Source: Parcubacteria group bacterium GW2011_GWC1_36_108
Lineage (GTDB): Bacteria; Patescibacteriota; Minisyncoccia; Moranbacterales; GWC2-37-73
Assembly: GCA_000991245.1 (NCBI GenBank)
Contig: LBRD01000006.1
Location: forward strand, 103,340-167,339
Length of the DNA stretch: 64,000 nt
Direction of reading: 5' to 3'
The notes beneath the pieces were generated by a model that worked only from the letters and a program-made list of their open reading frames with translations, did not search any database and had not been told where the DNA came from. How positions within the stretch are numbered: position 1 is the stretch's first letter; each line of letters opens with the position of its first letter. Shown here one piece after another: positions 57,782 to 64,000 of the stretch. The translations under genes were made by a program, and so were the position numbers.

Positions 57782-59191
57782 TTACTTGATGCGCTGAAAG
57801 AGTGGCTGCGCAACCTTGGTTTCAAGAGCGGTTTTTATTTTGGAAGAAGTCTCTGGCATAAAAGGAGTTAGCAACTCAGCAATTTTATTTAAATCTGAAA
57901 GCAATTTTTTCATAACTTCAGCAAATTTTTGCTCATCACTTTTAGCTAATTCCCAAGGCTTATTATCTTCAATATACTTATTAGAATCTTTCACTAAATT
58001 GTTTATATATTCAAGCGCAGCATCAAATTTAAATTCGTTTAAAAATTCAGAAATTTTATCACTAAATCCAATAGCTGGCGGAGGAACTTGGAAATTCTGA
58101 GCAAGCTTAATAACTCGCGAAGTTAAGTTTCCCAATCCGTTAGCCAAATCAGCATTATATTTTTCAGTCATTCTTTCCATTGTTAAATCCAAATCATCTC
58201 CAAATGTTCCGCCGCTCATCAGAAGATAGCGCGTGCCATCAACTCCAAATTTTTCAATCATTTCATCAATACCGATAACATTGCCAAGTGTTTTGCTCAT
58301 CTTTTTTCCACCAGAAAGAATATGACCATGAATAAAAAGGCTTTTTGGCAATTCAATTTCAAGATTAAGCAAAATTGCAGCCCAAATTGTTGCATGGACG
58401 CGCAAAATATCCTTGCCCAGCATTTGAATTTCAGCCGGCCACATTGAGGGAATATTTTTACTTTTGCCATCCCATCCAATTCCAGTAAGATAATTCAGCA
58501 AGGCATCAAGCCAAACATATGTCGTGTGCTGCGTGTCAAAGGGAATTTCAATTCCCCATTTCAAATTCTTGCGAGAAATAGAAACGTCTTCCAATTTTTG
58601 AGTTTCCAAAAAAGAAAGTATCTCCTTCTTATATCTCTCCGGTTGAATCTTAAATTCATCTGATTTTATTTTTTCGATCAAAGTTTCCTGCCATTTTCCC
58701 ATTTTCATCAAATAACATTCTTCTTCCATTTCCTCTGGAGCAATATTGTGATCTGGACATTTTCCATCTACCAATTCATTTTCACTTTTAAATTGTTCGC
58801 AACCAACACAATAAAGACCCTTGTATGAACCTTTGTAAATTGAGCCATTGTCGTGCAAGGTTTGTAAAACTTTTTGCACCGCTAATTTATGAGTTGGAGA
58901 AGTGGTACGAATAAAACCATTATTACTAATATTTAATTGCTTCCACAGATCCTGAAAAATCTCAGCAAATCCATCCACAAATTTTTGTGGCTCAACACCT
59001 TCTTCCTCAGCTTTCTTTTGAATTTTTGCTCCGTGCTCATCAGTCCCAGTCAAAAAGAAAACCTTATCATCTCCAAGCTGTTGACGATTAAAACGCGCCA
59101 AAACATCGCATGCAATTGTTGTGTATGCGTGTCCAATGTGAGGTTTGGCGTTTGTATAATATATAGGTGTTGTTATGTAAAACTTAGACAT
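57782..59191 (-). CDS. metG: Methionine--tRNA ligase (short form)
   Basis: PIYYTNAKPHIGHAYTT HIGH motif and KMSKT (KMSKS); zinc knuckle CVGCEQF...CPDH; 469 aa, no C-terminal tRNA-binding domain. Confidence 0.9.
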   Translation of the reverse strand: MSKFYITTPIYYTNAKPHIGHAYTTIACDVLARFNRQQLGDDKVFFLTGTDEHGAKIQKKAEEEGVEPQKFVDGFAEIFQDLWKQLNISNNGFIRTTSPTHKLAVQKVLQTLHDNGSIYKGSYKGLYCVGCEQFKSENELVDGKCPDHNIAPEEMEEECYLMKMGKWQETLIEKIKSDEFKIQPERYKKEILSFLETQKLEDVSISRKNLKWGIEIPFDTQHTTYVWLDALLNYLTGIGWDGKSKNIPSMWPAEIQMLGKDILRVHATIWAAILLNLEIELPKSLFIHGHILSGGKKMSKTLGNVIGIDEMIEKFGVDGTRYLLMSGGTFGDDLDLTMERMTEKYNADLANGLGNLTSRVIKLAQNFQVPPPAIGFSDKISEFLNEFKFDAALEYINNLVKDSNKYIEDNKPWELAKSDEQKFAEVMKKLLSDLNKIAELLTPFMPETSSKIKTALETKVAQPLFQRIK

Positions 59192-59585
59192 ATTTTTCTG
59201 AATATTTTTTAATTTCTTCGTGCAGTGATGGGACTGATTCGAAATTCATAAATTCGCCGGGCTCAATCCATTTGTGCTCACTATGTTCTTCACTTAGCAC
59301 CACTTCTCCACTTATCCAATCACACAAAAATGTTATTCCGATTTTTATTTCCCCATTACCATTCTTGAAATAAAAAACATTAAAAGGTTCTTTAATATCA
59401 ACCATAATTTCTGCTTCTTCCATAATTTCTCTTTTAAGTGCTTCCTGCGGCGATTCGTTTTCATCCATACCTCCGCCAACAGTTTCCCATGTCCCACCCC
59501 TAAAACCATCCCTCACAGCGCGCTTAACCACTAGAATTTTTCCATCCTTTCGTATGATACCCTTAACTGCAACTCCAAATTTCAT
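59184..59585 (-). CDS. NUDIX hydrolase
   Basis: GGGMDENESPQEALKREIMEEAEI, the Nudix box GX5EX7REUXEEXGU. Confidence 0.85.
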   Translation of the reverse strand: MKFGVAVKGIIRKDGKILVVKRAVRDGFRGGTWETVGGGMDENESPQEALKREIMEEAEIMVDIKEPFNVFYFKNGNGEIKIGITFLCDWISGEVVLSEEHSEHKWIEPGEFMNFESVPSLHEEIKKYSEKYV

Positions 59586-59644
59586 GCTTTCACTTATTTA
59601 CAAATTTAAACCTGGATTCCCGCCTCCGCGGGAATGACAATTTT

Positions 59645-60991
59645 TTATTCAAATAGCAATTTGTAATTCTTTGACCAATACACAATTCCATTATAATAAG
59701 GAGCGTGATATGTTCCCAGGTAATTTATGGAAGCTTTTTTAATTGCAGCTGGACTGCTCGAAGTTGCTCCTGCACTTTTTAACTTTATTGCCATCGCCAT
59801 CACACCATCAGTAAGGTCCCATGGATCAGGATTTCTGTGTCCAGTTGCAGATGATATTCTCGCAGAATATCCTTGCCAGACATCTGACATAAATTGAGGA
59901 ATACCCATTGCGCCACCCTGACCAATATAGCCAGAAGGAGAACAAGAAACCTTTTTATCCTTGCTATATCCAAGGTTTTTTACCAATTCATCAAAGATAT
60001 CATGACGTTTATATAAAAGAGCTATCGATGCCTTGTACTTTGATCCATATTTTTTATAATTAGCCAATGAAACCCTTTCTACCTGATCATAGGTACATTT
60101 CCCCGTGTTGGCACCAAGATTTGTTTCCATTTTCAAGAATCCATACAAAACTCCTTCCGGAACACCAGTTTTTCCACTGGCAAATTCAACAGCATCTCTA
60201 ATGTTTTTGGCACTATACGATTTTCCGGAAAGTGCATTCAAATCTCCTTGCAATTCAACAAGTTGTTTTTGAAGTTTTGCAATGGTAGCGTTTTTGTCTT
60301 CAATATCTCCCTGCACATCAATCTGGTCAGCGACAAGTTCTTGCTTTTGATCAACTTTTTCGTCCAAAATCTCTTCATGCTTTTCCTTGGCTTCAGCCAG
60401 TTTAATTTTTTCTTGCTCAACTTGCTCTTTCGTTTGAGAAATTTGACCTGAAAGATCTCTTAGCTTGTCTTCAATTGTAAGCAAATGATCCGTGTCAGAA
60501 AAAACATCCGCAAAATTTTTACTAGTCAAAACAACATTCAAAACAGGTTGACCTTGATTATAGTACATCTGTTGAAGAAGACCTTTCAGCATTGTTTTTT
60601 GCAGTTGGATTTTGTCATTCAAATTATTAACCTCAGCCTCTTTGCGTGAAATATTGGTAGTTGTTTCATTTATAACAGCCTTTGTGTTGTTTATAACTTT
60701 CTGAGTTGAAGCAACAGCACCCTGAATTTGACCAAGATCTTTTTGCAATGCCGCCTTTGCTTTTTCTGCTTTTTTTATTGCACTTTCAATATCTTCCTTT
60801 TCATCATTAGCATCATCAATAGCCTTCTGTCTTGCAGCTTCATCCGCAGCAACTTTGTCAGCAGCCTCTTGTTCAGAAGTAGTATCCGCATTAACAGAGC
60901 CACCAAAAAAAACAACTTGTTGCCACACAAAAACAGGAACAATTACTGCCCAAGCCACGATTAAAACTATTTTTTTTGTATTTTTTTGCAT
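59645..60991 (-). CDS. Membrane-anchored lytic transglycosylase (MltB/Slt-like) with long N-terminal coiled coil
   Basis: N-terminal TM, ~250-aa coiled coil, C-terminal GYIGQGGAMGIPQFMSDVW resembling the MltB GAMGxxQFMPST motif. Confidence 0.7.
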   Translation of the reverse strand: MQKNTKKIVLIVAWAVIVPVFVWQQVVFFGGSVNADTTSEQEAADKVAADEAARQKAIDDANDEKEDIESAIKKAEKAKAALQKDLGQIQGAVASTQKVINNTKAVINETTTNISRKEAEVNNLNDKIQLQKTMLKGLLQQMYYNQGQPVLNVVLTSKNFADVFSDTDHLLTIEDKLRDLSGQISQTKEQVEQEKIKLAEAKEKHEEILDEKVDQKQELVADQIDVQGDIEDKNATIAKLQKQLVELQGDLNALSGKSYSAKNIRDAVEFASGKTGVPEGVLYGFLKMETNLGANTGKCTYDQVERVSLANYKKYGSKYKASIALLYKRHDIFDELVKNLGYSKDKKVSCSPSGYIGQGGAMGIPQFMSDVWQGYSARISSATGHRNPDPWDLTDGVMAMAIKLKSAGATSSSPAAIKKASINYLGTYHAPYYNGIVYWSKNYKLLFE

Positions 60992-61082
60992 ATATTCATT
61001 TTAACACTAAAACAGCAATAAGCAAGGACAAAAAACAGACTTGTCGCCTGCTTTTTAATTTTTATAAAAAGTAAATGAAATT

Positions 61083-63242
61083 TTATCTCACTCTGTATTT
61101 TGACCAGACTTTTTTGCCGGATTTGTAGTCTTGAACAAACCAGTTATACACACCTACTGGTTTGTTTACTTTGTATTTTATAGAAAACTTACCTTTTGAA
61201 TCGGTGTATACGACTTTTGGAGGATAATATGATTCGTTATTGCGTTGGAAGTATACAAGAACCTTGCTTTTCTTTGGGAAATTTTTTCCACTTTGAACGA
61301 TGTAGTCTCCACTTTTGACTGTCTTTTTGGAATTCTTTATTTGTTTTGAATTCTTTTTTTCTTCATCAGAATCATTGTCATCAGAGCTGCTTGAACTGCT
61401 AGAATCTGAATCTGTTATCTTTAAATTTACATAAGTATCTGAAGTATTTCCAGCTAAGTCAAAAGCTCTGATTCTAACACTATATGTGTTTTTTGAAAGC
61501 GCTGGGGTTATTGTGTTGTCAACAACTCTCCAAGTTCCATTTTCATTTATTGCTGCAGGAAAAGAATAACTTCCGATGTATAAAGTTATTCCTACTGGAG
61601 AACCGGTGTATGTTCCATTAATTGCAGGTGTGGTATCAGTTGTTTCAAATGAAACAAATTCAGCATAAGGAAAACTAGTGTCCCAAGTTAAATACATATC
61701 GTCATATGCACTGGCACCTGAACTATCTGTTGCTGTAAGTCTTACAATGTATATTCCATCAGTATTGGCACTTACTGTTGTTGTTGCGCTGCTGGCAGAT
61801 CCGAAAACTAAAGATCCTGGACCGGATTGTTTTGTCCAAGCATAAGTAATTCCAGTTCCAGTTGCTGAACCGGAAAGTGTCGTTGTTGAAGAAACTGTTT
61901 TATCTATTCCAGCGCTAACATTACCAACCGTAGCTGTTGGCAATGATATTGTGTAAGCTGAACTCATCACGGTACTGTTAGTCATCCCAGATTTTACTGC
62001 AATTGCTTTGAGTGTTGTAGTTGAACCAATACTGATGGCGCTTGAATACACTGTTGATGAAGTGGTTGGGGTTGAACCGTCAATTGTGTAATATATTGTT
62101 GCACCTGAAGTTGAGGAAGAAAGGGTTACTGATTGAACCGAGGTATATGTTCCTGCGGCGGGAGAAGATGTTGGAGCAATAACTTGGTCAAGTGCCAACA
62201 AAGGAGCGCTACAAGAGTCATCAGCTCCTCCGTCTATGCCGGTGCAACTCCAAGTCCAAGGACCAGTTCCCGCGGGAGTTGTCGCAGTTCCAGCACTGCA
62301 AAGATTGATAGTTGGAGCAGTTGCAACAGGAACACCATTTGCGGAGCCGCAGACTCCATCAACTGGGGTAACAACCTCGCCAATCGTATAAGTCTCAGTC
62401 ATAACAGCGCTGTCTATCATACCAGCTTTAACGGCAATAGCTTTAATTGTTGTTGTATCGTATACATCAACACCGCCAGCATCATAAACAAATGATCCAG
62501 TTGTTGGAGCTGAACCATCAATTGTATAATATATTGTTGCGCCTGAGGTTGCCGAGGAAAGATACACAATCTGAGCATTTGGAAATGTTCCACCAACAGG
62601 ATCAGCCACGGGAGTCGCAACAGTCTCAGTCGCAAGAACTGAAAATGTTACAGTGGTTGAAGCGCTTACATTACCAGCCACGTCTGTGCAAGTAATTTCA
62701 ATAATCGTAACCGCATCATTAAGCATATTTCCCCAATCAAGAAAATCCATAACATGCATCAAGGTAGGGGTAGATGGATCGCTTATATTAAAACTATATT
62801 CTGCAGGCGTATTTTCTCCGACAGTCACAAGCCCCATACAGGTAGTTAACTCATCAGTAGTGGCGTTGAGAAAAACATCGACAGTTACAGCTGGTGGAAC
62901 AGGAGCTGCAATTATTGCTGGGTTATTGTAATAAGTAGCATCGTATGTAGTAAAATTTGTTGAAGTTATCAAGGGTAAAGTAGCATCTTCTTGATAAGCG
63001 ATACAATCAGAAACACATTCATCTGTGCAAGATGCATCCGTACAAGTCCAGGTCCAAGGAGCAGGAGTAGTTACCGAAGATGCCACACCAACAGAGCAAA
63101 GATTTTCCGTCGGCGCAGCAGCAAAATATGAACCATTTGCTGTGCCGCAATTAAGGCTGCCGGCAAGGGCTTGCTCAGAAAACAAAAAGATTCCGCAAAC
63201 AAAAATTGCAACAAATGTGATGATTTTTGATATTTTATGCAT
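61083..63242 (-). CDS. Large secreted surface protein: two CGxANG...PWTWxC modules, Ig/chitobiase-C-like repeats (GATIYYTIDGS.PTT x2), poly-Ser/Asp linker, basic C-terminal domain
   Basis: Signal peptide MHKISKIITFVAIFVCGIFLF; repeated ~80-aa blocks; SDSSSSSSSDDNDSDEE linker. Confidence 0.75.
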   Translation of the reverse strand: MHKISKIITFVAIFVCGIFLFSEQALAGSLNCGTANGSYFAAAPTENLCSVGVASSVTTPAPWTWTCTDASCTDECVSDCIAYQEDATLPLITSTNFTTYDATYYNNPAIIAAPVPPAVTVDVFLNATTDELTTCMGLVTVGENTPAEYSFNISDPSTPTLMHVMDFLDWGNMLNDAVTIIEITCTDVAGNVSASTTVTFSVLATETVATPVADPVGGTFPNAQIVYLSSATSGATIYYTIDGSAPTTGSFVYDAGGVDVYDTTTIKAIAVKAGMIDSAVMTETYTIGEVVTPVDGVCGSANGVPVATAPTINLCSAGTATTPAGTGPWTWSCTGIDGGADDSCSAPLLALDQVIAPTSSPAAGTYTSVQSVTLSSSTSGATIYYTIDGSTPTTSSTVYSSAISIGSTTTLKAIAVKSGMTNSTVMSSAYTISLPTATVGNVSAGIDKTVSSTTTLSGSATGTGITYAWTKQSGPGSLVFGSASSATTTVSANTDGIYIVRLTATDSSGASAYDDMYLTWDTSFPYAEFVSFETTDTTPAINGTYTGSPVGITLYIGSYSFPAAINENGTWRVVDNTITPALSKNTYSVRIRAFDLAGNTSDTYVNLKITDSDSSSSSSSDDNDSDEEKKNSKQIKNSKKTVKSGDYIVQSGKNFPKKSKVLVYFQRNNESYYPPKVVYTDSKGKFSIKYKVNKPVGVYNWFVQDYKSGKKVWSKYRVR

Positions 63243-63302
63243 TTGGTATTTTCATTAAACTTGTATTTATTTGTCTTTATTATATCACAAAACTGTTAAA
63301 AA

Positions 63303-63986
63303 CTAAACAAACGCCTTAAGCAACCACCCAAACAATGATTTTTTGCTTTCAAATTGTTTCACTTTTTCTTGGTTTTCAACATTCTTGGCTGAGAGCTGAA
63401 AACTGAAAACTTTGAGCATATCTGAAAGCTGATCGCTCTTCATCATTTTTGACAAATATTCAGCTTGCTTGGAAATATTTTCAATATCTACATTTTTCAG
63501 TTTTATTTTTTTAAGTTCTCTATATTTAGGACCAAAAAAGAAAGTTACTATCTTCCCTCTTTTTTCAATACTAATAAATGCGGTGTCTATATTTTCCTGC
63601 ACACTGTCTGAATTTTTCAAAACTATTTCCAACTCATCCAAAAAACGAACCTCTTCTTTCAATTCTTTTCTGGATTGCTCGGAAATATTTTTCAATGAAA
63701 GATTTACTGCAGCAAAAACATCTTTGTCATATTGAGATTTTATGTTCATCTTTTGAGTTTCTGTTTCTTTTTGAATAATATTTTCGCCGTCGACACCCTC
63801 CACAACATTTGGCTCAATGTTTTCATTTTGAACATCAGACTCTTCATCCAAGGAAACGTCCTCCAAAACGCCTTCGGGTGTTACTATTTGCGTTTCCAAT
63901 TGAGGATTTGCCTCATCATATTCTTCATCTGCAACCTGAGCATTAACAGCAAGCGCAAAAAAAACAATCGGCACGAAAAAGAACAC
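63303..63986 (-). CDS. Hypothetical secreted protein (signal peptide, acidic, coiled-coil-rich)
   Basis: MFFFVPIVFFALAVNAQV signal peptide; 227 aa. Confidence 0.5.
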   Translation of the reverse strand: MFFFVPIVFFALAVNAQVADEEYDEANPQLETQIVTPEGVLEDVSLDEESDVQNENIEPNVVEGVDGENIIQKETETQKMNIKSQYDKDVFAAVNLSLKNISEQSRKELKEEVRFLDELEIVLKNSDSVQENIDTAFISIEKRGKIVTFFFGPKYRELKKIKLKNVDIENISKQAEYLSKMMKSDQLSDMLKVFSFQLSAKNVENQEKVKQFESKKSLFGWLLKAFV

Positions 63987-64000
63987 TAAGAATTTATTTT

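Overview
AT-rich window that looks like a small-genome, Patescibacteria/CPR-like bacterial chromosome; that lineage call is my inference from composition, gene content and gene size. Core genes, left to right: nrdR next to a truncated ribonucleotide reductase, ftsA-ftsZ, dgkA, ybeY, a GatB/YqeY protein, rpsU, a HIT protein, hisS, lepB, an LCP-family protein, pth, dprA, topA, a short Rel/SpoT, parB-parA, tRNA-Leu(CAA), a complete F-type ATP synthase operon (atpZ-B-E-F-H-A-G-D-C, minus strand), tatD, metG and a Nudix hydrolase. The accessory content is unusual. (1) A compact putative RiPP cluster on the minus strand at 2303-4545: a radical-SAM/SPASM maturase with a C-terminal RRE-like extension, then an unannotated 25-aa Cys-rich peptide gene (MFVSIYIDENQVDQNVSFCCQNCGT) with a strong SD, then a terminator-like hairpin and a class-I SAM methyltransferase. 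(2) Directly downstream of, and co-oriented with, the ATP synthase operon is an Ehr-type (energy-converting-hydrogenase-related) complex-I-like module: a NuoB-like subunit lacking all Fe-S cysteines, NuoL-, NuoH- and NuoN-like membrane subunits, a NuoC/D fusion lacking the [NiFe] cysteines, and a gamma-carbonic-anhydrase-like LbH protein. (3) Several toxin-antitoxin modules: AbiEi/AbiEii, an intact and a decayed HEPN/MNT pair, and an extra AbiEii-like NTase. (4) Three giant secreted or surface proteins; two share a Cys-rich CGxANG...PWTWxC module, the third carries a beta-helix plus lipase domain. (5) At least six families of short dispersed repeats or MITE-like elements. One sits between ftsA and ftsZ, one ~85-bp element overlaps the start codons of four genes, and structured AT-rich inverted-repeat spacers separate the atp genes. 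A small antisense gene island with a consensus promoter lies between atpD and atpG. No CRISPR array, rRNA or transposase gene was seen.
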